DNA of 63,461 nucleotides, filler included, from Asterionella formosa (lineage: Eukaryota): assembly GCA_002256025.1 (NCBI GenBank). It is 19 parts of 19 records of this genome, joined end to end, with 100 filler letters (N's around TTAATTAATTAA, not from the genome) between each part and the next. Parts side by side here need not be neighbours in the genome. Positions count along the whole stretch, not along the records: positions 20,353 to 40,578 come from NKIB01003425.1; positions 40,679 to 41,926 come from NKIB01003427.1; positions 42,027 to 43,273 come from NKIB01003428.1; positions 43,374 to 44,620 come from NKIB01003429.1; positions 44,721 to 45,967 come from NKIB01003430.1; positions 46,068 to 47,314 come from NKIB01003431.1; positions 47,415 to 48,662 come from NKIB01003432.1; positions 48,763 to 50,005 come from NKIB01003433.1; 11 more parts are not named here. One strand, written 5' to 3'. Of the stretch, positions 37,161-48,947 are shown one piece after another (positions within the stretch are counted from its first letter, which is position 1; every line of letters starts with the position of its first letter). The position numbers and the translations under genes are program-made. The notes under the pieces were generated by a model. It saw only the letters and a program-made list of their open reading frames with translations. It was not told the DNA's origin and made no database searches.

Positions 37161-38230
37161 TAGTAAATCCATTTTGTCGACCACCAGCTTTACAATCTCT
37201 CCAATCAACTCATAAACAAACACATTCTCGTTGAAATTTTCAATTCTCACATGATACTACATCTACAATTGAGATTCAGCATAGAAGGTGATACGAAAAT
37301 GTAACAGAGGACTGCTGTCCATATAGTTGTAGAATGATTCTGATTACAATTTCTTTTTCATATCGCTCGTTTCCGTATTTGGGATGCTGTACTTGTATTC
37401 ACTGTTGCACTTGTCCGCAACTTTGATACCATCAAAAAAGCGACAAGTGGCTCTCTTCATTGTTGTTTGCTCATGGAAAACCCGCCCAGTATCTGTATCA
37501 TCAGCAATAGAGGGACGAATGTCCTTAATCATTATCATTGTGATTTAGTAAATCCGTTTCGTCGACCACCAGCATTACAATCTCTCCAATCAACTCATAA
37601 ACAAACACATTCTTGTTGACATTTTCAATTCTCACATGATACTACATCTACTATTGAGATTCAGCAAAGAAGGAGATACGAAAATGTAACAGACTGCTAT
37701 CTACATAGTTATAGTTATAGAATGATTCTGATTACAATAACTTTTTCATATTGCTCGTTTCCGCATTTCGCTTGCTGCACTTGTATTTACCATTGATTTT
37801 GTCCGCAACTGTGATACCATCAAGAGAGCAACAGCAAGTGGTTCTCTTCATTGTTGTTTGCTCATGGAAAACCCGCCTGGTATCGGTATCATCAGCAATA
37901 GAGGGATGAATGTACTTAATCATTATCATTGTGGTTTGCCATAGGAAAAATTTGGTATCCGCATCGTTTGCTTGTTGGAACTGTCCGTTGCATCGACTTG
38001 TTTTCATTGGTATGTTGTTCTTGTATTCACTGTTGAGCTTGTCCGCATCTTTGTTACCATCAATAGAGCGACAAGTGGGTCTCTTCATTGTTGTTTGCTC
38101 CTGGAAAAGTCGGTGTCCATGTCATCCTCATCAATAGAGGGACAAGTGTCCTTCATCATTGTGGTTTGCCACTGGAAAAATTGGTACCCGTGGTATCGTC
38201 ATTCGCTCGTTGGAACCACTGTCCGTTGCC
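37161..38230. repeat. Hierarchical tandem repeat region (about 385-bp duplication plus about 240-bp and 65-bp subunits)
   Basis: tagtaaatcc..gtcgaccaccagc.ttacaatctctccaatcaactc at 37161 and 37546; ctcttcattgttgtttgctc.tggaaaa occurs three times. Confidence 0.8.
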
Positions 38231-38486
38231 TCAAACCTGCTTAGCGTGTGTGTACGTACACTGTCGACTAGTGTACATTACAGCAGTGACTTAGCTACTA
38301 AGAAGGTGCGTGCTATAATATCATACTCCGTAGTATGATGCAGAATAAAGTTCCCAATCAACATTGAATGATTGATAAAATGATAATGTGAATTCACCAT
38401 AAGGTTGCATCGATGCATACATCACCAAAATCCAAAATATGATACATAATATTGAATAAAGTAAATCACATAGCTATGATACATTG

Positions 38487-38653
38487 TGTTGAGGGGAACA
38501 TTGTCATGAATAAAGGTGAACTACAATATTATGACTATTCTATTGCTGTTTCGAGTACATCGTTGTTAGCGCTCATGCATGTACCTAATCTGGTGGCTGC
38601 GCCGGTATGGTTCGTACGGCGCATGTATGGAGCATCATATGCAGATATTAACA
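38487..38653 (-). repeat. Putative 3' LTR of the Copia element (about 167 bp)
   Basis: Begins TGTTAA immediately after the PPT and ends TCAACA. Only one copy is visible, so the distal boundary is inferred. Confidence 0.55.
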
Positions 38654-40578
38654 CACCCTCACCAACAGATTCAGGCAGAAGAACAGGAGCTGGGGTGGAG
38701 ATGAGATCAGCATCAGAAGCCAAGCATGCATAATAGTTAGGAGGAGGACTAGGGAGGGATGGAGGGCAATGGAGATAGTGCGGGCGCATCAACATATGAT
38801 GGGAAGCGGGATGATGTTTAGTGAAATAATCAGCACGATTCAAACTACCTTTTTTCCAGTATACAAGAAATTGGCCTTGGCGAACCCGATCACATACCCA
38901 GTAATAGCGCATATCCATAGCTTTGGAGCGTTTTTGGCGGACAGTATCATTGGCGATGCCACTGGCAGTGCTATTATCGGTGACAATACGGGTAGAAGGT
39001 TGGGGATGACCAAGCACAACAAGAATGTTGCAAATAGCATATGCCTCTTTGCCATTGTGGAACAAAGCAGCTAATTCGGCCTCAGCAGCACTTGATAAAA
39101 CCTCCTTCAGAATTTGACAGTGTACGTACTAAATAGCACCGTTAAGAGGAGGGATGGACGTAGTGAGGCTAGGCGGAGACAAGGGTTTACAGCTGAGAAA
39201 GTGAATGCTGGCAGCGCGGGAGCGACCACGTGTTTCAGAGAGATAGGAAGAATCGCTTTCAACATGGAGGACCATGTCACTGGCAGTAAAGCGAAGTGTG
39301 GCCTCAGGATGAGTGGCACAATAATTGAGAAGGTGAGTAATAGCAGTCAAGGTAGCCACAGTGGGGGTTGCTTGTTGTGTAGCCAATGTACCAAGGGCCG
39401 GCAACATAGTACAGTCAATAGCACGGGCATAATACAATAAAGTACCAAGAATCTCTTGCACACGTGTTTTATCATGGAGGTCAAGGACAGGTGTGACGTC
39501 AGAAACAACAAATTGCTGGCGAGCGCCATAACTAGGTGCAGTCCAGGCATGAGGGGCATGTTGTGGGTGTGTTGGGGTGGAGTGCGTGAATCGTTGTAGA
39601 GCACGAACAATGTGACCAGGCATAGTGAGGTCAACTGTGCGATGTTTGTAGTCCCACATCAGTGTAAGGCCAATTTAACGAGAGCCAGTCCAATCAGTTG
39701 TGAGTCGGTATTTGGTACGTAAAGCGGTGAGGAGACGGTCCACGTCACTACGTTTGGTGTAACATACACCAAAATCATCAACAACAAGCGTAAACATGAG
39801 ATCACTCCTGGTGGTATCCATCCATAGGCCAGGGGTGACTGGGCAGGGGAGGTAATGATGCGGGAGCAAGAACTGAGCAAGTTGATCATAGGCAAGTTTA
39901 CCAGCCTGAGGCACCCCATACATGCCACAACGGATTTCGGCATAGATGTGCCCATCAATGATTTTGGGAGCTAGGTTGTAGAGAGTTTGAATGTGTGGGG
40001 GGATCATCCATATAGGGATGCGCACGTTTTCATAGTTGGCAGGTGCAAGATGACTTTCCAGATAAAAATCAGATAAATCCAGAGTCATGAAGCGGCCAAT
40101 GGGGGTACTGATGGTGCTGTTGAACAAACATTTTGCAGTAGTGAGATCAGCAGTCTTGGTGCTGACATTTCCAGTGTAAATGACGCGATCCCCCCCAGCG
40201 GTCCAACGAACTCGTTGGGGAATGGTTTTTTCAGGGCGATCGGCACACACAATGCGGATGTAAGTGGCGCGTTTGTGTGAGGGCATTTCATGCTTATGAA
40301 TGAAAAAACAGCAATTAGTACCCGTGGGCATGTCAGAATGGGGTCCCAAGCCCTGAAATAACCGGCCAATTTATAAGCCATTGGCCTTGGCCAACAGGGG
40401 AGCAGTGCTGCAAGTCAATAATTCTCGATAGCCAGCAATTTTGCCATTGTCAGGGTTGATAGCGGTGCCATGTAAACAAAAATTAGTGGCCAGGGGAGTA
40501 GCACTGGTTTGAGGAGGGGCGGAGAGAGCACAGTTGGCAAGCAAAGATTGGGTGTGGGGATGGCTAGCATGTGGTGCA
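38487..40578 (-). mobile_element. Ty1/Copia LTR retrotransposon (diatom CoDi-like), 3' half, frameshifted
   Basis: RT motifs RVRWTAGGDR, STKTADLTTAK, DLSDFYL, GMYGVPQAG and LVVDDFG; RNase H TDNSTASGIAN, RSKAMDMRYYW and NRADYFTKHHP. PPT GGTGAGGGTG at 38654-38663; truncated by the contig end. Confidence 0.92.
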
Positions 40579-42297
40579 NNNNNNNNNNNNNNNNNNNNNN
40601 NNNNNNNNNNNNNNNNNNNNNNTTAATTAATTAANNNNNNNNNNNNNNNNNNNNNNNNNNNNNNNNNNNNNNNNNNNNTTCTGAAGATACAAAATATATG
40701 GATAACATACCTGGTGTATTGTGAATATGTCTGGAATGGCATCATGATGCTGAGTGTGTTGACCTCAGCTAATGAATAGTACGTATGGTATCTGGGACCA
40801 GGTACTGGTATACAAGGTCTACTCAGGGCTACTATGATACATACTACCAGGGCTAGTACCAGGGGAGTACCTGTTACCTGGTACCTTGTACCTTGGGTCT
40901 TTTGACGTTGCACTCAGACATACTAACAAATAGCTATACTGTATGGTACCACCAGGTACTCCTGGCTGGTCGGTACTTGGTACCAGGTCATTGTTACAAG
41001 TGTGAGACTGTAGGTTTGCCCTACCAGTATTTTCATCTTTCCCTTCTTGTTACAATAGGAATTATTTCGTTTGTACTGAGAAACTGTACTCATTTCTAGG
41101 TTCATACTGTGGAACTGTAGGTTTGCACTACCAGCATTGCTTTTCCGTATTCCCCTTATTACAATAGAATATGGCGTTCGTACTGTGAATATATTAAGAG
41201 TACCTTTGGCTGTGTACTCTCCTTCTTGTCATACCGATATTTTTTTAAGGTCACACTTGTAGCATCAAAAATTTTCCCGACGAAGTAAGACTGCGCAAGG
41301 TTTTTTCATGTAGATAGTAGGTTCTGTTGGTACAAAGATGAAGTCATGGCTGCGCCAGGATTTTGGACCCTCTGAATTCATAAAGACAACATTTAACCAG
41401 CACCACTGTGCACAATATATGTTTTCAACATGGGGACGACCCTTAAAAGCAGCATCCCCTTCTAGCTTTTCAGCGTCTCACTATTAACAAATACTACATC
41501 AGCCAGCCACCAAGAACTCACATATTGTTTGTTGAAACAATAGAAGGTGGAATGACACAACATTGAGATCGTAAGCAATCGATGCTTTTAAGCAAGGTAA
41601 GATTTATTTGCTTGCTATTTTTGCTATTATATCACCAAGCGAGGGATAACTCATGATATGTCATGCTTTTGTTTTCAACATTCATTTGACATTTGAACAG
41701 GCATTTTCAGAAAAGCAGTGTTCTTTGGAAAGTAGGAGTGATAGCAGATGAAATGACACAATATGGAGACCCGCAATGGAGGCCTTCAAGGTGAGCTTTA
41801 TCTTCAGTTTTCATAATTGTAACAGCAAAGCGAGCGAGAAATCACATGGTTCTGTTATTGTTCTCTACATTTATTTTACATTTTAGCCGTTCATTTCATA
41901 ACAGGAGCATCTTTTTTAATGCATCANNNNNNNNNNNNNNNNNNNNNNNNNNNNNNNNNNNNNNNNNNNNTTAATTAATTAANNNNNNNNNNNNNNNNNN
42001 NNNNNNNNNNNNNNNNNNNNNNNNNNAGTAGGTGAACAAGCAAGGAATCTGCTGGACTGAAGATATATGTGTTAGCCATATCACAGGATTTACTGAAATC
42101 AATAAACAAGCTTCCCTGAGCGTCAATTGATCATATCTTTGCTGTAAGACTCCAAATGTTGACCTGGCTTGTAAGGATACACAAAGAAGTTTGAATCTTG
42201 ATGTTTAGTATGTTGTTATCCTTCATCAATTGGACCACTGGAACTTGAGAGGACATCAACAATATTAATTCTAATTGGACTCTTTTTGAATTCAAAG

Positions 42298-42494
42298 TGA
42301 AGTATCTAACTAGAAGTAGTAGTATTTGTTGAATATATGAGCTTATTTGTTAATCCTTGTGTGTAACTCGTTCTCCAAGTCGACACCAAAGTATACAATG
42401 AGGGTTAGTCGAGTTCTCTCATTATTGAGTTCTTATACATACATGATATAACACTAACCCTATATACATCTGTATTGATGCGCAAGATCGCTCA
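42298..42494 (-). repeat. Gypsy-type LTR (197 bp), probable 5' LTR
   Basis: Nearly identical to 51873-52069, with TGA...TCA ends. The adjoining 42027-42195 recurs at 57912-58081, consistent with a multicopy internal region. Confidence 0.85.
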
Positions 42495-43373
42495 CCAGGT
42501 ACCTGGTTGGTACCCAGTCTAAACAGTATCGGTATATCGCTACATAATTTTTTTGTCGAAGGTGCTACCGGGACTCCGTTCACTTTACCAGTGCACAACA
42601 TAGCTACGACTATGTGTAACGGTACCTGGTACCAGGTACCCAGTCTACCCTGTATTCAAGTATATGTACATCGCGAGGTTTGTCGAAGGTGCTAGTTAAC
42701 TACCAGTGCAGAACATAGCTACAACTATGTGTATGGCAACAAAAGGTTGCGCTGATGAGAGTTGATTATTTTTTTGGTACGTTCGTATTACTTGTAAAAA
42801 TCAACCCAGGTTGTATTTTTCTGTAGGCCTCAAGTATCGTTCTACTGCGGATGGTAAAATACCTTGACGGTATTTTTCCGTACTTGATCACGAGAAAATA
42901 CAGTATTGTACAACAAGGAAAAAATCAACCCGGTTGCATTGACGGTTGATTTTGTACTCCCTTTTTGGTTGAAAAATCAACTCTGATTAGTCGTAGAAAG
43001 GCCGGGATGTGCGTGATGATGCATAAAAATATGCACATGAAGCAAGATGGTGGTACCAGGCATAGGTCGGTGATTACTTACTGGGTTGGCAGTATACTGC
43101 AGTATTGAATAAGAACTCCCCGGGATTTGCTGGATCAGTATACCAGTATACTGTTTCGGTGGTTTCGAAAAACCATACTGTTCAGCCATTGGCTGCAGTA
43201 TACTGGTATATAACTGCAGGCCTAAAAAATACTTTTGCAGGCTCGCAGTATACTGGCATCGTAGATACTCTGCNNNNNNNNNNNNNNNNNNNNNNNNNNN
43301 NNNNNNNNNNNNNNNNNTTAATTAATTAANNNNNNNNNNNNNNNNNNNNNNNNNNNNNNNNNNNNNNNNNNNN

Positions 43374-43675
43374 GCGCGGTGTCCAGGCGGACCGTGAGCT
43401 CGCCCACTTTCTGGTGCAGTGCGCGCACCTCGTCGGCCGAGGGTCCACCCGGCAACACAATCACGCAGGCACCGCTGTTGCGGTCGCTCAGCTCCAGCGG
43501 CACCGCCACCGTACAGCCTTGGACGAGGGGCAGCTCCTGCAAACAAGATTGGCGCGCGCAATGCCGGTCGGCATCGGTGCTCTCGCGGCCCAACACCATC
43601 CGGGGGTGAAACCCCAGATCGTCCGCCACCCAGATCTGCACCCCGTTGGCACCCAACTTTTCAGCGGCCCAGGAC
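43374..43675 (-). CDS. Bacterial signalling-protein fragment, possibly a GAF-like sensor N-terminus (partial)
   Basis: Open GC-rich frame WAAEKLGANGVQIWVAD...TVAVPLELSDRNSGACVIV...LTVRLDTA; bounded by a 10-N gap and the contig end. Confidence 0.45.
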
Positions 43676-43808
43676 NNNNNNNNNNCGAAGCTCCGCCGAC
43701 ACTGCGAGCAGGTCTGTCGGGTCGGGGGAATCGGGCAGCAGCAGGCGAGTTTGAAAGAGTACAGGGCTATCCTAATGCAGACCCACTGCGGCCCCGGCTA
43801 CCCGATTG

Positions 43809-43831
43809 AAAAAGCCCGCTTTTGAAGCAGG
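43809..43831 (-). terminator. Rho-independent terminator after lysA
   Basis: Minus strand CCTGCTT-CAA-AAGCGGG-CTTTTT, just downstream of the lysA stop. Confidence 0.65.
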
Positions 43832-43838
43832 TCGTAAC

Positions 43839-44618
43839 CTACACCGCTTCCAGCGCAATCAGCTCCGCCACGGTCTGTTTGCGCCGGATCAGACGGGCCT
43901 GGCCCGAATGGGCGCCGCCCTCCACCAGCACCTCAGGAATGAGCGGGCGGGTGTTGTAGTTGGATGACATGGATGCACCATAGGCCCCCGTGTCATGCAA
44001 GACCACGAGGTCGCCTACGCGTGCAGCGGGCAAGTCGCGGTTGAGCACCACACCACCTTCGCCTTGGGTAAACACGTCACCCGACTCGCACAAGGGGCCC
44101 GCCACTGCGGTGGGCTGCACATCGCCCCGGGCGACGGTGCCATCTGCGTGGATGACTTCCATGCCATGGTGGCTGCCGTACATGGCGGGGCGCATCAGAT
44201 CACTAAAGCCCGCGTCCACCATGACAAAACGGGCACTGCCCTGGTGTTTGGTGGCGCGCACCTCGGTCACCAGCACACCGCTCTCTGCCACCAGGTAGCG
44301 GCCCGGCTCCAGCTCCAGGGCGACCGGGTGGCCCAGCAGATCTGCCACCTGCTGGCGGGCCGCATCCCACAGCGCAAAGTAGTGCGCCGTGTCAATCACC
44401 GGCTCGCCAGCTTGGTAGGGAATAGACAGCCCACCCCCGGCCGAAATGGCCACAAGGTCCATGCCCTGCGCCTTGACGGTGTGCACCAGCGCCACCATAG
44501 CGCCGCACACCTCTTGCAGATGGGAGTAGTCGACTCCTGAGCCGATGTGCATGTGCAGGCCCTGCAATGCCAAGCCGTTGGCGCGCACCTTGGCCAAGGC
44601 GTCCCCGAGCTCGGTGTG
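43839..44618 (-). CDS. lysA: Diaminopimelate decarboxylase, 3' part (bacterial, GC-rich, betaproteobacterial-like)
   Basis: HMHIGSG, SAGGGL, EPGRYLVAESG, GPLCESGD and GAYGASMSSNYN. Confidence 0.96.
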   Translation of the reverse strand, partial: HTELGDALAKVRANGLALQGLHMHIGSGVDYSHLQEVCGAMVALVHTVKAQGMDLVAISAGGGLSIPYQAGEPVIDTAHYFALWDAARQQVADLLGHPVALELEPGRYLVAESGVLVTEVRATKHQGSARFVMVDAGFSDLMRPAMYGSHHGMEVIHADGTVARGDVQPTAVAGPLCESGDVFTQGEGGVVLNRDLPAARVGDLVVLHDTGAYGASMSSNYNTRPLIPEVLVEGGAHSGQARLIRRKQTVAELIALEAV

Positions 44619-44720
44619 CCNNNNNNNNNNNNNNNNNNNNNNNNNNNNNNNNNNNNNNNNNNNNTTAATTAATTAANNNNNNNNNNNNNNNNNNNNNNNN
44701 NNNNNNNNNNNNNNNNNNNN

Positions 44721-45499
44721 AGTAGAAATGGTTTCCAGCAATGAGAGAATCTCATTGATCCTGAACTGTTGACCCCGACTCTGCATGCTTCGGCGAGCTC
44801 TTGGAAACGTTGGTGCTCGCCTGGCAGTTGCTGTTCTTGAAACTGAACTAGTAGGAGCACGTGAAAAATCGTTGTTTTTCCTTGATGGGGACTGAGTAAC
44901 CCCAGAAACACCAATCTGAGAAACACCTGGGACACCCATCCTACTGTCCTCATCGTCACTGGCAAACTCATCAGCACCAGTGTCATCTTCATTCTCGTCG
45001 TCTTCCTCCTCCTCTTCTTCTGGTTGAGTCTGTTCTTGTTGTTCTTGTTGCTGGTGACGGCGACGTTCAAGCAGCCTTGGAGAGTAAGGGAAGTCCTCCC
45101 TGGCTGCTCTCCTTTGACCAGAAGAAGATGAAGACATGGCCGAAATCTAAAAGCGATGACGATCGATTTATTTTGTAACGATAGGCATATGTATATGCAT
45201 ACCTATTTTGGCAAGAGCAAGCCATTTTGAGTATGAGCAAGCAAGTCTTGAAATATTCCGGGAAATTCTATATAGTCATTCATGTCTAAACATCTTTTTA
45301 TATAATGCACTGTTATTTATAACTGTAAAAAAATTGTGTTTGTGTTGACCAAATTTGGTAATCCTGGTAAGCACCTCAGGGTGCCTACCAGGATTACCAA
45401 ATTTGGTCAACACAAACACAAATTTTGGGGTTATGGGTACAACGATTTGTGTTATAATACACATGATATAATAATTTTTTATTATCAGAGCGCGCCCAG
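44721..45499 (-). mobile_element. Left end of a coding copy of the CTGGGCGCGC-TIR element, with 5' part of an ORF (ATG 45137)
   Basis: TIR ends at 45499. ORF MSSSSSGQRR... is acidic and low complexity, then RGQQFRINEILSLLETIST, resembling the start of a Myb/SANT-like helix as in Harbinger ORF2 proteins. Confidence 0.75.
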
Positions 45500-46067
45500 T
45501 AGCTGAGCATGTAGCGCTTCTCTATGAATGAACGAGCTACACTGAACATTTCATTTGTGGAATCAACATTTTTACGTGAAAGTGTCGATCTGTTACATCA
45601 TATCTGAGGAGATCCAAATCAGCAGAATGTACTAGTAAAATCTGCTGAATCGGCGCTATTTATTTAAATCTCCGGAATCTTTCATTCATCAGATTTGAAG
45701 CGATAAGTCCAAGTATCTGTATAGGAGCTTTTGTTTTATGAATAAACTCCACTGTCACGACCATCTTTTTGGAGTCATGGATAAAAGTTTCAAGGCAATT
45801 TCAGAGGCAATTTAACTTTGATTATATGTTTTCTAGGCTTAGAAAATCACCATCATAACCCCCTGGCATAGGGGTGGTTCCAATAGGCCTACGGTACGTA
45901 CACTGGTAGTGCTAGTTTGCATAATACCAATGTAACATAAGGCATTACCAGGAGTACCTAGTACACANNNNNNNNNNNNNNNNNNNNNNNNNNNNNNNNN
46001 NNNNNNNNNNNTTAATTAATTAANNNNNNNNNNNNNNNNNNNNNNNNNNNNNNNNNNNNNNNNNNNN

Positions 46068-47314
46068 TGCCACTAAGGCTGATATCCAGGCTGCCCTTGT
46101 GGCCTCCATTACCTCTTCTGATAATAAGAAGGAGCTTTCCATGAGCCTTCCACGCTTCAATGGGGATCCTACAAAATTCAATGAGTGGTTCACCATGTTG
46201 ACCACCCGCCTGAGCACCCCAGTTTGGCGCCACATCCACCTTGCCTCTCCTGATGATCCTTCATATGAATCTCTATCCCAGGCATTGTATTTGGTTCTCA
46301 TTGTGGCCCTCCATGACCAAGCTGCTGATCATTGGCGCAGCCGTAATGATATCCTCCACAATGGTATTGGTCTCCTTGCTGAAGTCACCAAATATTATCG
46401 GGTCTCCCATTCCTACTCGCTTATCAACCTTTTGACAGCATGGGATAATCTCTTCCAGAAGGATAAAGAGACACCCCTCCAACTTTCATTTCACACCCGT
46501 GAACTTGTTTCAAAGGCAGCTGATGCTGGCCAATTATTCACAGAACCATTCATTTGTTATCGTTTTCTCTTGGCTCTTGGTCCTGCCTTTCATGCCTTTG
46601 TCCAACCCTACCTCTTACACCAGAAGGACATCACCACCATGACCCTGGTCACACTGACTGCTTCTGCCAAGACATACACTGACACCCCTGGGTTTGACTC
46701 CTCCAAGATGGCTCACACAGGTCACCGTTCTGCTGCTCCTTCCTCCTCTGATTCCTCCTCACCCTCCCCAACCGCATGGATTGGGTCTACTTCCTTCAAT
46801 ACCTTCCAGGCCCGGGCTATGCAGCAATTCAAATGCCCCATTCATCGCTGCAATCATCATGACCTTGCTGCATGTAGTCTGGTTACCTCCCGCTTCTCCA
46901 TTGTTCCCAAACTTCTCTCCTCCTCTGGTGGTGGTCCCCCCTCCACCGCCCCACGCCCCACCACATCCTCCTCTACCCACCCTGCTGGTAGTGGTCTTCT
47001 TGGTTCTGTCCGGTTGGTTGGCGATGTTCTTCCTCCTTCTCCACCTGTGGTGCCACCTGCTGAGTCCTCTTCTCCAGCGGCTCCTATTCCTCCTTTGGTC
47101 TCTTCCACTCCCTCTGCTGCTGCCCGCCATGCTGTTTCCATGGTGTCTCTTGCCCAACCCAATCCTTTCGCCCCACTGGACTTCTCAGAGGATGACTGTC
47201 CTGATTCTGCCTTTTCTTACCTTGACTCTGATGATCCCTGTCCTTCCAGTGTGGGCACTTCTCGCCATGTTCGCACTTCCCCGGTCCCCCCTACTTGCAT
47301 GGGTACCCTCCGAC
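46068..47314 (+). mobile_element. LTR retrotransposon Gag-like ORF (partial, frame open across the contig)
   Basis: LPRFNGDPTKFNEW, FQKDKETP, RFLLALGPAFHAFV, zinc-knuckle-like CPIHRCNHHDLAAC, then a Pro/Ser-rich linker; C/T-rich strand bias. Confidence 0.7.
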
Positions 47315-47416
47315 NNNNNNNNNNNNNNNNNNNNNNNNNNNNNNNNNNNNNNNNNNNNTTAATTAATTAANNNNNNNNNNNNNNNNNNNNNNNNNNNNNN
47401 NNNNNNNNNNNNNNAT

Positions 47417-48647
47417 CAATTCTTTATCCTTTGTCATCTGGCTCTGGAGGCTGAAACGAAAGTTAAAAAGAGGAAGGCGAAATGGGAGCATGAGAGAATG
47501 TCATGGCATTCTCATGTCAAGAAGCTGTGTCATGAGGACGCATTTGAAAAGACTTATAGAATGTCCCTTCGAGCCTTTAAGAAGTTGGTTTACTTACTGG
47601 AGAGTGATGTCATTGGAAATTTCTCCAAGTGCGGTACAGCTACTCCCATTTACCCAGAAATTGTGCTGGCCATTGGCATTCGATGGTTGGCTGGAGGCAG
47701 CTACATTGACATTTGTCATGCCTATGGATGTAGCATAGCTTCAATCTATAGATGCCGAGATTTATTTCTTGAAGCCGTGCTTAACTGTGATTATCTGAAA
47801 ATTATATTTCCTAAAACAACGAATGATTTGGTGAAATTGGCTATAGCCTTTGAACAAAAGAGCACAGAAGGGTTGATCAGAGGGTGTGTTGGTGCTATTG
47901 ATGGTTTTTTAGCCACAATTAGTCGCCCCACGCTACGTGACTGTGGAAACAATCCAGGAGTTTTTTATTCTGGACATTACATGACTTATGGTATCAATGT
48001 TCAGGCTATCTGTGATGTTGAGAGTAGATTTATATTTTTTGGGGTGATTGCTCCTGGACGATGCAGTGATCAAGTTGCATTTGAGAGAGCTGCTCTACCC
48101 AACAAAACTGCATTATTTGATTCTGTTTTTTTATCTTGTTGGTGATGCAGCATATACATTGTCAGATGTCATGTTAGTGTTATTTGTTGGTTCTCAGCGT
48201 GATGACCAAACACAAGATGCCTATAATTTCTTTCTTTCCCAGCTACGGATTAGGATAGAGATGGCATTTGGTTTGTTACAGACAAAATGGGCTGTTCTAA
48301 AAAGAAACTTAACAACTGGCTTGGAAACAACTGCAAAAGTGCTTGAGGTATGTGCACGTTTGCACAATTATGTCATAGACGAAAATAAAGTTGATAAGGA
48401 TATTTCTGGGTTAACTGGAAGCAATGAGGCAGATGACATCCAGGAGATTTTAGCTGAAATTACCCCAGTCTACAATTCTCCACTTGGTTGGGGATATTTG
48501 CCAACGGTTGAGAAATTGGATGTAATGCCTGGTAGTTCTGTCATTCGAGATGTTATTCTTGAAAGAATTGCTAACATGGGTTTGCAAAGACCTCCAGGTA
48601 ATATTGAAAGAAAAAGGTTGGAATTACATGAATTAAATTTAATGTAG
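47417..48647 (+). mobile_element. PIF/Harbinger (HARBI1-like, DDE_Tnp_4) transposase with one frameshift
   Basis: RWLAGGSY, GCVGAIDG, NVQAICD, YLVGDAAY, YNFFLSQLRIRIEMAFGLL and CARLHNY. Removing one T from the T7 run at 48126-48132 joins the two track ORFs. Confidence 0.92.
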
Positions 48648-48764
48648 ATTATAATCGATTGTNNNNNNNNNNNNNNNNNNNNNNNNNNNNNNNNNNNNNN
48701 NNNNNNTTAATTAATTAANNNNNNNNNNNNNNNNNNNNNNNNNNNNNNNNNNNNNNNNNNNNAT

Positions 48765-48947
48765 TCTAGGGTTCAAGAGCATGGTTGTGGAGCACTTTGG
48801 AAATTGGCTTTGAATAATGGCAGCAACAAGGTGACGATATCCGATGCTGGTGGAAAAGCCCTAATTGAGTCTGCTATGCGAAATTACTCGTCCAATGCTG
48901 GTGTTCAAGAAAAAGGTAATGGAGCACTTTGCAATTTGTGGAAATGA
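48765..48947 (+). CDS. 3' end of an armadillo-repeat protein (partial)
   Basis: Hand translation gives VQEHGCGALWKLA...DAGGKALIESAMRNYSSNAGVQEKGNGALCNL, two ARM-like repeats. Confidence 0.75.
   Translation, partial: SRVQEHGCGALWKLALNNGSNKVTISDAGGKALIESAMRNYSSNAGVQEKGNGALCNLWK

Noticed and set aside
43374..44620. Horizontal transfer of lysA into the alga, or a lysine riboswitch
   Set aside because: The contig is wholly bacterial with no host junction. The visible intergenic DNA is downstream of lysA, and I recognised only a terminator there.
48125..48133. Programmed -1 frameshift at T TTT TTA in the Harbinger transposase
   Set aside because: The heptamer is in the classic phase, but the downstream YLVGDAAY frame needs a +1 shift. 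A homopolymer insertion (mutation or sequencing error) is simpler.
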